Shown here in pieces: positions 38,079-48,494 of a stretch of DNA of 64,000 nucleotides. The translations under genes were made by a program, and so were the position numbers. Source of the DNA: Candidatus Alistipes equi. Lineage in GTDB: Bacteria; Bacteroidota; Bacteroidia; Bacteroidales; Rikenellaceae. Positions within the stretch are counted from its first letter, which is position 1. Every line of letters begins with the position of its first letter. The notes beneath the pieces are model-generated. The model ran no database searches and was not told where the DNA came from. It saw only the letters and a program-made list of their open reading frames with translations. The DNA lies in contig JAGHTK010000076.1 of the NCBI GenBank assembly GCA_018065435.1, positions 5,943-69,942 on the forward strand. Direction: 5' to 3'.

Positions 38079-40033
38079 TTCTGTCTTTTTTTATTTTTTT
38101 TCTCAAACTTGTCAATCAACGCGCGGATATAAAGGGCACTACCAACGCTTGAAGCATGTGAAAAAGCACCTCGCGCTACAAATGGTGGATTTGCATCAAA
38201 ATATTCTGCTAAAGAACCGATGCAATATGTCTGAATCTCCATATCAAGCTTCATAAGTATCTCCTTGACCTTGTCTAAGGCTGAAGTACCTTCCAATCCA
38301 AGAAGACATCTTACATAGAACATTAGTGGCCAGAGCCATACAGCGCCATTGCTGGCTGCAGCCTCTTGTTCAATCGGATTTTCTTTATAGGTTGATTCGA
38401 AAGCAGGATCCAAAGGAGAAAGCGTACGTAAGCCACAAGGAGTAAGAAGATGACGTCTGGCAATGAGAAGAATGTTTACAATCTGCTCTTGCGAAAGCAT
38501 GCAGAAATGCAAGCCACATGCAATTATCTGATTGCAACGGATGGAGTAATCAGCACCTCTCCAATCTACGCAGTCCGCAAGGTATCCCTTCTGTTGAGAA
38601 TAGAACATTGAAAGGAACGATTCCTGAGTTCTTTTTGGAAGCGTCTTCCACTCATTATAGAAATCTTTATCATTGTATTTTTTAGCGAGAGCTAGTGTAT
38701 ACTGCACAGCATTGTACCACAATGCATTGATTTCTACCACGTAGCCTGCTCTTGGAGTCTGCGGAACACCATCGATTACAGTATCCATCCACGTAAGTGC
38801 GCGACCTGGACGATATGCCCAAACAAGGCCATTGTCATGAAGGGCAACTTCACCTCCGCAGAAGCCCTTGCGATATGCTCGAAGGATACCTTTCATGGCA
38901 TCTGCGTACTTCTCCCAAATTTGCTGGGTCCCTATATGATTTTCCAGTTGTTGCAAAGTCCAAAAGAACCACAATGGAGCGTCGGCCGATACTTCTGCCG
39001 AAGCAGACCCAACAAAATCGCCGTTGTGCATTCTGGAAACCATTGTGTCAAGCACATCTATACAATCTTCCTTGTAACCCTGTTCAAGTGTAAGACCAGG
39101 AAGCGAGATGAACGTAGAGCGACCATCAACCGTATACCAAGGGTATCCGGCAATGACCTCTGTACGATTCCCCGGACGACGAACAATGAACTGACGTGCG
39201 GAATGATGAAGACAACTGATAAAGTCAATCTTGTGTGTACGACGAGATACGGATTTTTCGTATGCTTCACGTATTGCCTCTTTGCTGTCCATCTCATCTA
39301 CCGATGCTGAGAAAATTATGCTTTCACCCTTTGCTATTTTCACCTCGAAATAGCCCGTTGTCAGCAAATCCTCGTAACCTTCGTAACCTCTTTCAAGTTC
39401 TTTCTGGTATTCAAAGTTATAGTACCAATCAGGAGCAGGTACGAAATTGAATTCATCCTTGTCCAGTTGCATATTTAGCCATGGGAATCCTTCATAAAGT
39501 CTGTTCTTAACACCATTTACAATTGGATAGGAACGACCATTTGCCTCCATGTTCGCCTTCGATAGCGCATGTTTGTTGCGAAAAGCCAAGAATGGACGTA
39601 GTTGCAACGTAGTTTCCGAATTTGCTTCGAGCAAAGTGTAACGAATCATCAACTGCGTTCTACGATGTATCCAAAGTAATTCCTTACGCAAAATTACACC
39701 TCCTACACGATACGTAATTGTCGGACATGGTGTATAGGCAAAATCCGTTATGTACTTATGTCCGCGAGGCTCATAAACACCTTTGAAACGGTGCAAGGCC
39801 AAATTAAAGCTCTGACCATGCTGAATAATTGTTTCGTCAAGTGATGAAAGAAGGACATACGTTTCCGGCGTATCATCAATCGGTGCGACAATCAGACCAT
39901 GATATTTTCTGGTGTTGCAACCCACAATCGTAGTACTCATATACCCGCCCAATCGATCAGTTGCAAGCATTTCACGTTGCAATGAATACTCCAAATTGCC
40001 GAGTTCTTTCTTATCAAATGTAAGTCCAGACAT
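38075..40033 (-). CDS. Glycogen debranching enzyme-like amylo-alpha-1,6-glucosidase (GDE_N + GDE_C)
   Basis: CNTRKYHGL, IAGYPW, LTWMD, VEINALWYNA and GLRTLSP. Confidence 0.88.
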   Translation of the reverse strand: MSGLTFDKKELGNLEYSLQREMLATDRLGGYMSTTIVGCNTRKYHGLIVAPIDDTPETYVLLSSLDETIIQHGQSFNLALHRFKGVYEPRGHKYITDFAYTPCPTITYRVGGVILRKELLWIHRRTQLMIRYTLLEANSETTLQLRPFLAFRNKHALSKANMEANGRSYPIVNGVKNRLYEGFPWLNMQLDKDEFNFVPAPDWYYNFEYQKELERGYEGYEDLLTTGYFEVKIAKGESIIFSASVDEMDSKEAIREAYEKSVSRRTHKIDFISCLHHSARQFIVRRPGNRTEVIAGYPWYTVDGRSTFISLPGLTLEQGYKEDCIDVLDTMVSRMHNGDFVGSASAEVSADAPLWFFWTLQQLENHIGTQQIWEKYADAMKGILRAYRKGFCGGEVALHDNGLVWAYRPGRALTWMDTVIDGVPQTPRAGYVVEINALWYNAVQYTLALAKKYNDKDFYNEWKTLPKRTQESFLSMFYSQQKGYLADCVDWRGADYSIRCNQIIACGLHFCMLSQEQIVNILLIARRHLLTPCGLRTLSPLDPAFESTYKENPIEQEAAASNGAVWLWPLMFYVRCLLGLEGTSALDKVKEILMKLDMEIQTYCIGSLAEYFDANPPFVARGAFSHASSVGSALYIRALIDKFEKKNKKRQK

Positions 40034-40066
40034 ATAACTTATAATTTAATTTTTAACAATTCTGAG

Positions 40067-43000
40067 TTATGCCCACTTTACAAGAGCAAAATCCATACGG
40101 TGTGCTAGAAGTTCATTGTGTGGGAATACACGCAAAGCCACGTCGAAAATTCCAGACATCTCAGGAATGAATTCAATCGAGAATTTCACAACAGAGCCTT
40201 CCTGCTGCTGAGGAACCATTCTAAAGGTGCTTACATTCTCTGGATCGCCCGAAGTGCGCTGTGTAGCCATAACAAGTTCCACTCCAACATCTTCCTTAGA
40301 AAGCGAAGCAATGTCTACAGATACTGAATATGTGTACTTATTGCCAACTACAAATGTACCTGCATCCGTTTCACTCTTGTCCGTAGAAATAATCTTAACA
40401 TCGTTCCATGCAGCCGTTACGCGATGCTTCCATGTAGCCAATTCTCTTGCCTTTCTAAAGTTGTTCTGAGAAAGAAGTTCATGCTGTGCAGCAAGTTTAT
40501 TATAGAAACGCTCCTCGTAGTCGATAATCATCCTATTGGTAGTAAAGTTGGATGCAATATCTGCAATGCACTTCTTTATGGCATGGATCCAATCCGTTGG
40601 AAGACCATATTGTCCACGTCTGTAATAGAGCGGAACAATCTGCTCTTCAATTATATTATAGAGCATTTCAGCATCGAGTTCATTCTGATGCTCAGTGTCT
40701 GCGAACGCCTGTTCCATCGGCAGAGCCCATCCGGCACCTTCGCGATAGCCCTCAACCCACCAGCCGTCCAAAACGGAGAACTGCATGGTTCCGTTCATCA
40801 CACACTTTTCGCCCGATGTTCCGGAAGCCTCCAAAGGTCGCGTTGGTGTATTCAACCAAACATCCACACCCTGTACAAGACGATGTGCAACATCCATATC
40901 GTAGTTCTCAAGGAAGATAATCTTTCCAAGGAATTCTGGCATACGTGACACCTCAACAATACGTTTAATAAGGTCTTGACCAGGTTTATCATTAGGATGA
41001 GCCTTTCCTGCGAAGAGGAACTGTACCGGATAATCCGGATTGTTAACAATCTTCGACAAACGTTCAATATTCGTGAAGAGCAAGTGTGCACGCTTATATG
41101 TTGCAAAACGGCGGGCAAAACCTATTGTAAGAATATCTGGTTTTATACTTCCGTACACCTTCAATAGGTGACGAGGTGAATCGAAACGAATCTGTGCAGG
41201 ATTTGCATAACGCTGTTTGATGAAGTTAATAAGTTGCTCCTTAAGAGCCATCTTTTCACTCCATAGTTCAGAATCCGGTATATCATACACCTTCTGCCAT
41301 GCCGGAATGTCATATACGTGATTGGAGAAACCTTCCGGGAAATAGCGTGCATACAGACGACGCATGTTAGAAGCAGCCCACGTAGGGAAATGTACTCCAT
41401 TTGTCACATATCCTATATGCAACTCGTTCTTGAAATATCCAGGCCATAGTGAACCCAGGATATCCTTCGAGACCTCACCATGTAACCATGACACACCATT
41501 GACCTCTTGTGAAAGGTTGCATGCAAGCACTGACATCGAGAAACGGTCATTCGGATCATTAGGATGGAATTTTCCAAGATTTATATACTGTTCCCATGTA
41601 AGGCCAAGGCGCGAAGGATAGTGTGACATGTACTGTCTAATCATCGATTCAGGGAAAGCATCATGACCTGCAGGAACTGGAGTATGTGTTGTGAAAAGAG
41701 AAGAAGCACGAACAATCTCCAACGCTTCCGAAAAGGCAAGTTTCTTTCTATGAATTAGATTATTAATACGCTCAATTCCAATGAATGCGGCATGTCCTTC
41801 GTTGCAGTGATATACATCTTGTTTGATGCCAAGTTGACTTAGAGCGCGAATACCGCCAATACCTAGAAGAATCTCCTGCTTGAGACGATTCTCCCAATCT
41901 CCTCCATAGAGGTAATGTGTGATACAACGATCTTCTGCGATGTTTGCCTCATAGTCCGTATCAAGAAGGTACAAAGGTGTGCGTCCCACTTGACATAGCC
42001 AAACTCTGGCATTGAGGGTTCTTCCCGGGAAAGCAACGTGCACCGTAATCCAACTACCATTCTCATCACGTGCTGGACGGATTGGAAGTTTGGAGAATTC
42101 TTGTGGCTCATAGTTTGCCTCCTGTGCGCCCTGTGCTGAAAGTCGTTGTGTAAAATATCCGTAACGATATAGCAGACCCACTGCAACAAGTGGCACATTC
42201 TTATCAGAAGCTTCCTTTAGGTAGTCTCCGGCAAGAATTCCAAGTCCACCCGAATATATCTTCAATGTATGGTGAAGACCATATTCCATCGAGAAATATG
42301 CAATCTTCGGTGCCTTCTCGTCAGGTTTTTCATTCATGTATGCCTTGAACTTTGCATAAATGTCATCAAGCACACCAAGGAATCTGGTATCATTTTCCAA
42401 AGACTGCATCTTTTCAAGAGAAAGCTTGTCAATAAGAGCAATCGGATTATGACCAACCTCTTCCCATAGTTTCGGGTCGATGTATTGGAACATTTCGCGA
42501 GCGCCCAATGTCCAACACCACCACATATTTCTGGACAACTCTTCAAGGGCCTGCAAACGCTCTGGTAAGTATTTCATAACCATAACACGCTGCCATGAAG
42601 GTTTTAACGAAGAAACTTGCTGACTAACGAAACTAATCTGATCTGTAACAGGTGTTTCCTCTTCGAAAGATGCTTTATTCGTTCTTGCAATTGCAGACTC
42701 TATAGCCATATCATAGGCTTTCAAATAATACGAGAAGAGATTTGACCAAAGGGCTTTCTTTGCAATATCCATTGTAGACTTTCTGCATGCTGCGAGCTTC
42801 GTTTTGCCATATCCGATAAAGTTCAATATCAAATCTGCAAGTTCTACGCTAGCAGCCGTAAAGTTGTCATCCGTTCTCTCCAAAACAAAGATGCCCTCGG
42901 TATTCTCTAAAGATTTTGCCCATGCTCCAAAACCTGCAAGTGATGAAGTGATTGTCGGCACACCGAAAGCTATACTCTCAAGCGGAGTGTATCCCCATGG

Positions 43001-44314
43001 TTCGTAATATGAAGGATATACCGTTAAATCCATTCCAACAAGAAGCTCATAATAGTCCTTGTTGAATATTCCGTCGTTCTTATTCAGATATGTCGGAACA
43101 AAGAGAACCTTGATTTTGGAAGATGCACTATCAAGCGCACTGCCATTAATGGACGACGCAATTTGGTCATAACCAATATTTTCGAGATAGTGTGTACTAT
43201 AGCGGTACTGTGAAGGATCTATCTTGTATGAAGAATCGTTCAAAAAGGCCTGCAGGTCTACTCTCGGGCCATTGTTCGCAGCAGGAACCGTAACGTATAC
43301 AAGAATCTCGCGATCGAGCTTGCTATTTACTGTAAGTTTCTTCAAAGCGTCCAAAAAAACATCTAACCCTTTGTTTCTAAACTCGTAGCGACCACTTGTT
43401 CCAATGATGAGTGGTTCCTTTTCAAACTTGTAGCCCAGACAAGCCTCGGCAACCTTAATCATCGACTTACGTGCTTCACTACGTTTTTTATCATACATCT
43501 CGCCCTTCCACACGAAATCGTTTTCGAAGCCGTTCGGTGTTACAACATCTGGACTCTTAGAAAGAAGATATTGGCACTCATTTGCTGTAATGTTCGAAAC
43601 CGTTACAAAAGCATCACACGTATTGGCTGCGATTTTTTCTATAGAATGCTTTGAAGTAACGTTGAACTTGCGAGCCAGATCATCGGCATTGTACGAACTA
43701 AGCTTGCCGTAAAGTGGCATATGATTACCCGCAATACAACGTCCCATAACTGTCGCATGGGTCGTCATTACGGTGGAAACATAAGGTGAGTTCTTCCTCA
43801 GGTAAAGAGAACCGGAACATGTCATCCATTCATGGAAGTGAGCCACAACCTGATCGGTAGGCTGGCAGAATGTATTGTAGTAAGACTGTATAACCTGACC
43901 TGCCAAATATCCGAAAAGCACAGGCTCAACATAGTCCCATTGACCCGATATGGAATCAACACGATAGTCCTCCCAGAGTGCTTTAAGGATCTCATCCTTC
44001 TTTGAGAAAACGGAAGTGAAATCAATCAATATAGATATCGGATTACCAGGAATGCTCCATCGTCCGATGCGCACTCTTATGCCATTATTGTATAAATTGT
44101 TTTTCCATTCTGAAAGTAACGCAAAATCTTCTACAAATTCTTCATTGTCTAAATCCGAAGGGAAGTCTGGGCCAATCGTAATATATTTGTCACCAAGAGT
44201 ATTAACAACCGTTAAAGCCTTCGTAGCTACTACGGTATGTATACCGCCTACCTTATTACACACTTCCCAACTTATTTCAAAAAGATAATCAGGGGAATAT
44301 AAATCATTGCTCAT
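40067..44314 (-). CDS. Fused glycogen synthase (GT3) + alpha-glucan phosphorylase (GT35)
   Basis: N-half WEVCNKVGGIHTV, FHEW, GRYEFRNKG, PSYYEPWGYTPLE; C-half YSGGLGILAGD, NEGH, ARRFATYKR, EASGTSGEK. Confidence 0.93.
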   Translation of the reverse strand: MSNDLYSPDYLFEISWEVCNKVGGIHTVVATKALTVVNTLGDKYITIGPDFPSDLDNEEFVEDFALLSEWKNNLYNNGIRVRIGRWSIPGNPISILIDFTSVFSKKDEILKALWEDYRVDSISGQWDYVEPVLFGYLAGQVIQSYYNTFCQPTDQVVAHFHEWMTCSGSLYLRKNSPYVSTVMTTHATVMGRCIAGNHMPLYGKLSSYNADDLARKFNVTSKHSIEKIAANTCDAFVTVSNITANECQYLLSKSPDVVTPNGFENDFVWKGEMYDKKRSEARKSMIKVAEACLGYKFEKEPLIIGTSGRYEFRNKGLDVFLDALKKLTVNSKLDREILVYVTVPAANNGPRVDLQAFLNDSSYKIDPSQYRYSTHYLENIGYDQIASSINGSALDSASSKIKVLFVPTYLNKNDGIFNKDYYELLVGMDLTVYPSYYEPWGYTPLESIAFGVPTITSSLAGFGAWAKSLENTEGIFVLERTDDNFTAASVELADLILNFIGYGKTKLAACRKSTMDIAKKALWSNLFSYYLKAYDMAIESAIARTNKASFEEETPVTDQISFVSQQVSSLKPSWQRVMVMKYLPERLQALEELSRNMWWCWTLGAREMFQYIDPKLWEEVGHNPIALIDKLSLEKMQSLENDTRFLGVLDDIYAKFKAYMNEKPDEKAPKIAYFSMEYGLHHTLKIYSGGLGILAGDYLKEASDKNVPLVAVGLLYRYGYFTQRLSAQGAQEANYEPQEFSKLPIRPARDENGSWITVHVAFPGRTLNARVWLCQVGRTPLYLLDTDYEANIAEDRCITHYLYGGDWENRLKQEILLGIGGIRALSQLGIKQDVYHCNEGHAAFIGIERINNLIHRKKLAFSEALEIVRASSLFTTHTPVPAGHDAFPESMIRQYMSHYPSRLGLTWEQYINLGKFHPNDPNDRFSMSVLACNLSQEVNGVSWLHGEVSKDILGSLWPGYFKNELHIGYVTNGVHFPTWAASNMRRLYARYFPEGFSNHVYDIPAWQKVYDIPDSELWSEKMALKEQLINFIKQRYANPAQIRFDSPRHLLKVYGSIKPDILTIGFARRFATYKRAHLLFTNIERLSKIVNNPDYPVQFLFAGKAHPNDKPGQDLIKRIVEVSRMPEFLGKIIFLENYDMDVAHRLVQGVDVWLNTPTRPLEASGTSGEKCVMNGTMQFSVLDGWWVEGYREGAGWALPMEQAFADTEHQNELDAEMLYNIIEEQIVPLYYRRGQYGLPTDWIHAIKKCIADIASNFTTNRMIIDYEERFYNKLAAQHELLSQNNFRKARELATWKHRVTAAWNDVKIISTDKSETDAGTFVVGNKYTYSVSVDIASLSKEDVGVELVMATQRTSGDPENVSTFRMVPQQQEGSVVKFSIEFIPEMSGIFDVALRVFPHNELLAHRMDFALVKWA

Positions 44315-44339
44315 ATTATTCTGTATTTATTTGAGTTTG

Positions 44340-44347
44340 CAAAAATA
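44340..44347 (-). promoter_or_regulatory. -7 element (TATTTTTG) of the glycogen operon
   Basis: Consensus match 25 nt upstream of ATG. Confidence 0.6.
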
Positions 44348-44470
44348 TGTTTTAATATGACTACCGCCAAGGTTTTTAAAAAAATTTTAAAATTTCGAAG
44401 TGGTATTGAACTCTTCAGCCTCTAGAAGGATTCGATACAAATGCTTGACACCTTATACAAATATATATAA

Positions 44471-44495
44471 ATAGGTGCTAAAAAGCAACACCTAT
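44471..44495 (-). terminator. Probable terminator hairpin downstream of hemW
   Basis: ATAGGTG-N11-CACCTAT inverted repeat with an AT-rich tail. Confidence 0.45.
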
Positions 44496-44538
44496 AAACC
44501 AACACACGATTTTCTCTTGTGCAAAAAAATCAACGAGT

Positions 44539-45642
44539 TCAGACTATGAAAAGAGAAGAGAGAATATGATCCAAAACCACATAGTACTTTGACGGCACGT
44601 AGAAGTAATCGCCTCTTTGAAGAAGTTTCCCGCTTAAAAGAAATTGTTGCATCGATTTAAGGATAGTAGAACGGAATTCTTCCGGAATTTCAAAGGCGGC
44701 AAGCCCCCTGGAAGTTCTAAGACGAGTCATTAGCAACTCATTTACAAGGTCCTTCGAAGAGAGTTCCTCACTCTGATATCTAACACCCTCCACGTATGAA
44801 TAGACGCTCTGGAAGGACCAACGTCTAATTCTAGAACCATCATAGGAGTGTGCACCAGGTCCGAATCCCAGATATGGCTGTGAAGTCCAATAGGCCATGT
44901 TGTGACGTGAACGAAAAGTTTCACCCAGAGCGAAGTTGGAAATTTCATAGTGGTCAAATCCCATGTCCACAAGAGTGTTGTGCACAAGAGAAAATTCCCT
45001 TTCACTCTCTTCCTCAGAGATTTCACTTAAGGCACCCTTCTTTTTCAGCAATGCGAAACGTGTTCCTGGTTCCACGCTCAAGTGATATGCCGAAATATGC
45101 TGTACACCCATTTGTCCAAGAAGACGTAGTGTTTCTAAAATAGTATCTTCAAAACCGGAAATGCCAAATATAACATCCGTGGAAATATTGGAAAAGCCAC
45201 CTTTCGAAAGAATATCAACTGCGCGTTTGGCTTGTTTTGCATCATGCCTGCGATTCATAAAACGCAAGAGCTCGTCGTTCATAGACTGTATTCCTATTGA
45301 TACTCTGTTAAACGAAGTGTCTGAAAGCTTTGAGACAAATTCTTCATTCACATCATCCGGATTTACCTCTATTGTCGTTTCCTCAACCAAACTGCAATCA
45401 AAAACCTGAGATGCAAAATCAATGAGACGCTGAAGTGACAAGGGTGAAAAAATAGATGGTGTTCCTCCTCCGAAGTATATTGTCTTTATACATCGATTGG
45501 AAAGAAAATCAGAAGCTGTGGAAATTTCCCTTTCAACGCATTCTAAGAACCTGTCCATAAGGGCAAGGTCTGTTGTTCGCCGAAAATCACAGTACGAACA
45601 CATCGAACGGCAAAAAGGAATATGAAAATACAGCGAGGACAT
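44539..45642 (-). CDS. hemW: Radical SAM heme chaperone HemW (HemN-like)
   Basis: YFHIPFCRSMCSYCDF, YFGGGTPS, HYEISNF and HNMAYW; start ATG 45642 follows the -7 element at 45662-45669. Confidence 0.88.
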   Translation of the reverse strand: MSSLYFHIPFCRSMCSYCDFRRTTDLALMDRFLECVEREISTASDFLSNRCIKTIYFGGGTPSIFSPLSLQRLIDFASQVFDCSLVEETTIEVNPDDVNEEFVSKLSDTSFNRVSIGIQSMNDELLRFMNRRHDAKQAKRAVDILSKGGFSNISTDVIFGISGFEDTILETLRLLGQMGVQHISAYHLSVEPGTRFALLKKKGALSEISEEESEREFSLVHNTLVDMGFDHYEISNFALGETFRSRHNMAYWTSQPYLGFGPGAHSYDGSRIRRWSFQSVYSYVEGVRYQSEELSSKDLVNELLMTRLRTSRGLAAFEIPEEFRSTILKSMQQFLLSGKLLQRGDYFYVPSKYYVVLDHILSSLFIV

Positions 45643-45840
45643 TCTTATAAAGTTAGATGTGCAAACATAGCTTTGAAATAGCAAAAAAACAATTGCCATG
45701 CTTATTTACCACAAAGTGAAACCTATGGTTAAAACTCATATTTTTAGCTATATGGCAACTTCCCCTATTTCGGATTGAAGGAAATAATTTAAAAATTTAA
45801 AAAAGTGTGTTATTTATTTCACAATTAAACAAAATTAAAA

Positions 45841-45848
45841 TACTTTTG
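45841..45848 (+). promoter_or_regulatory. -7 element (TACTTTTG) of pckA
   Basis: Consensus match. Confidence 0.65.
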
Positions 45849-45912
45849 CATTAGTGGGAAGAATTGTTGAATTTGAACCACAGGCACGTTAATCACTCTA
45901 AAAAAATATACT

Positions 45913-47523
45913 ATGGCTTTCAAAAAAGAAGATCTTGTCAAGTACGGAATTAAGGACACAACAGAAGTTGTATACAATCCTTCCTATGACTATCTCTATG
46001 CTGAGGAGCTCAAAGAGAATCTCACAGGTTTTGACAAAGGCACCAAGACAGAACTCGGTGCAATCAATGTAATGACTGGTGAATATACCGGCCGCTCTCC
46101 AAAAGATAAGTTCATCGTGATGGACGAAAACTCAAAGAACACCGTTTGGTGGACTAGCGAAGAGTACAAGAATGACAACAAACCTGCTTCCGAACAGACC
46201 TGGAAGGCAGTTAAAGAAATTGCCATTAATGAACTTTGCGGCAAGAAGCTCTATGTTATGGATGGTTACTGCGGTGCCAACAAGGATACACGCATGTGTG
46301 TTCGTTTCATTATGGAAGTTGCATGGCAGGCTCACTTCGTAAAGAACATGTTCATTCGTCCAACAGAAGAAGAACTTAAGGACTTTACTCCTGACTTTGT
46401 TGTCTTCAACGCATCAAAGGCAAAGGTTACGAACTACAAGGAACTTGGTCTGAATTCCGAGACAGCCGTTGTATTCAACATCACATCCCGCGAACAGGTT
46501 ATCATTAACACGTGGTATGGTGGCGAAATGAAAAAAGGTATGTTCTCTATGATGAACTACTACCTTCCTTTGAAGGGTATTGCTTCTATGCACTGCTCTG
46601 CAAACACAAATGAAAAGGGCGAAACAGCCATCTTCTTCGGACTTTCAGGAACAGGAAAGACAACCCTTTCAACCGATCCGAAGCGTGCGCTTATCGGTGA
46701 TGATGAACATGGTTGGGATGACAATGGTATATTCAACTTTGAAGGCGGTTGCTATGCAAAGGTTATCAAGCTTGACAAAGAGTCTGAACCTGATATCTAC
46801 AATGCTATCAAACGCGACGCCCTTTTGGAAAACGTTACTGTAGACGAAAACGGAAAGATTGATTTCGATGACAAGAGTGTTACGGAGAATACTCGCGTAA
46901 GCTACCCTATCTATCACATCAACAACATCGTGAAGCCTAAGTCTGCAGCACCTGCAGCACAAAATGTAATATTTTTGTCAGCAGACGCATTTGGCGTTTT
47001 GCCTCCAGTTTCAATTCTTACTCCTGAGCAGACGAAGTACTATTTCCTCTCTGGATTTACAGCAAAACTTGCAGGTACAGAAAGAGGTATTACAGAACCT
47101 ACTCCTACCTTCTCCGCATGCTTCGGACAGGCATTCCTCGAACTTCACCCAACAAAGTATGCAGAGGAATTAGTAAAGAGAATGGAGAAGAGCGGTGCTA
47201 AGGCTTATCTTGTTAACACAGGATGGAACGGAACAGGAAAGCGTATTTCTATTCGCGACACTCGTGGTATTATCGACGCAATTCTTGATGGTGCAATAAA
47301 GGAAGCTCCTACGAAGGTTATTCCTATCTTCAACCTCGAAGTTCCAACTGCACTTCCAGGAGTTGACCCTAACATTCTTGATCCTCGCGACACATACGCT
47401 AACAAGGAAGATTGGGAAAAGAAGGCCCAGGATCTTGCGGGAAGATTCATCAAGAACTTCGGCAAGTATACTACAAACGATGCTGGCAAGGCATTGGTTT
47501 CAGCCGGTCCAAAACTTAAGTAA
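45913..47523 (+). CDS. pckA: Phosphoenolpyruvate carboxykinase (ATP)
   Basis: [35 protein letters not shown] and NFEGGCYAK. Confidence 0.97.
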   Translation: MAFKKEDLVKYGIKDTTEVVYNPSYDYLYAEELKENLTGFDKGTKTELGAINVMTGEYTGRSPKDKFIVMDENSKNTVWWTSEEYKNDNKPASEQTWKAVKEIAINELCGKKLYVMDGYCGANKDTRMCVRFIMEVAWQAHFVKNMFIRPTEEELKDFTPDFVVFNASKAKVTNYKELGLNSETAVVFNITSREQVIINTWYGGEMKKGMFSMMNYYLPLKGIASMHCSANTNEKGETAIFFGLSGTGKTTLSTDPKRALIGDDEHGWDDNGIFNFEGGCYAKVIKLDKESEPDIYNAIKRDALLENVTVDENGKIDFDDKSVTENTRVSYPIYHINNIVKPKSAAPAAQNVIFLSADAFGVLPPVSILTPEQTKYYFLSGFTAKLAGTERGITEPTPTFSACFGQAFLELHPTKYAEELVKRMEKSGAKAYLVNTGWNGTGKRISIRDTRGIIDAILDGAIKEAPTKVIPIFNLEVPTALPGVDPNILDPRDTYANKEDWEKKAQDLAGRFIKNFGKYTTNDAGKALVSAGPKLK

Positions 47524-47541
47524 TACATTTATATACAATAG

Positions 47542-47572
47542 AAAAGGTCATCCAGTGAGGGTGGCCTTTTTT
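47542..47572. terminator. Intrinsic terminator of pckA (possibly bidirectional)
   Basis: AAAAGGTCATCC-agtga-GGGTGGCCTTTTTT. Confidence 0.8.
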
Positions 47573-47598
47573 ATCATATTAGCATATGTATAAAACTT

Positions 47599-48255
47599 CT
47601 ATAGCAATGAAATAATTTCCTTGGAGTGACTCCACTCTCCCTTTGACATATGCATCTGACCATCATCTCCCATATGGCTAACCTCGGGAAGGAGTGTTTG
47701 AAATCCCGCTCTGCGTCCGGCTTCAATATTCGGTAGCAAATCATCAATATAAAGCGTTTGAGAAGGAATGATACCAGTGCGATTAATAAGAGCCTGGTAT
47801 ATTTCATCGTTGGGCTTGACCATTCCCATCTCATAGGAAAGAAACAATTCGTCAAAACATTCACTAGCAGGTATTCCCTGTCCATCAAAGAAACTTTTCT
47901 CTATAAAATCCCAGTGAAGTTCGCATATGTTGCTTAACATATACACTTTGTATTTTGAACGTAGTTCCTTTATAAGGCGAAGTCTCTCGATGGGAATCTG
48001 TCTTAGACAGAGATTCCAACCATAGGCAATCTCTTGTTTTGTGATAGGTTTTTCACAGTGTTGTTGTATGTATGAGAGCAATTCATCTGTTGTGAACTCC
48101 CCAGCCTGACAACGAGTAAAAAAATGGTTTTCATCTATTTCTGCCAAAAGCACATCGAGACCCTTGGGAGAAAACGGCTTGAAAAAATCAACACTAGTTG
48201 AAAACGATAGATCGACCAAAATGCCACCTAAATCAAAAACAAGATTCTTTATCAT
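47599..48255 (-). CDS. HAD family phosphatase (YihX-like)
   Basis: VFDLGGILVD, LSN, KP and YIDD motifs; the track's TTG start (48276) lies inside the -7 element TATCTTTG, so ATG 48255 is preferred. Confidence 0.88.
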   Translation of the reverse strand: MIKNLVFDLGGILVDLSFSTSVDFFKPFSPKGLDVLLAEIDENHFFTRCQAGEFTTDELLSYIQQHCEKPITKQEIAYGWNLCLRQIPIERLRLIKELRSKYKVYMLSNICELHWDFIEKSFFDGQGIPASECFDELFLSYEMGMVKPNDEIYQALINRTGIIPSQTLYIDDLLPNIEAGRRAGFQTLLPEVSHMGDDGQMHMSKGEWSHSKEIISLL

Positions 48256-48442
48256 ATCTGAAATTTTAATACCCAAAGATATTCAAAAGCCTTAAAAAAG
48301 CGAAAGACACCCGCGCGTGTTGTGATGAACAACTTTGTTAATTGTAGTTCTATTATTCTCCCCAAAAAATATAAAGTTTCCATTCATGACACGAAATAAG
48401 CACTTACTTGCCTTCAGAAATTTAGGATAGCTCTAATTTTTA

Positions 48443-48450
48443 TATTTTTG
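48443..48450 (+). promoter_or_regulatory. -7 element (TATTTTTG) of nadB-prfC
   Basis: Consensus match. Confidence 0.6.
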
Positions 48451-48494
48451 CAAAAACATTGAGTGATTGGCCCGATGGCTAAACGACAAAAAAG

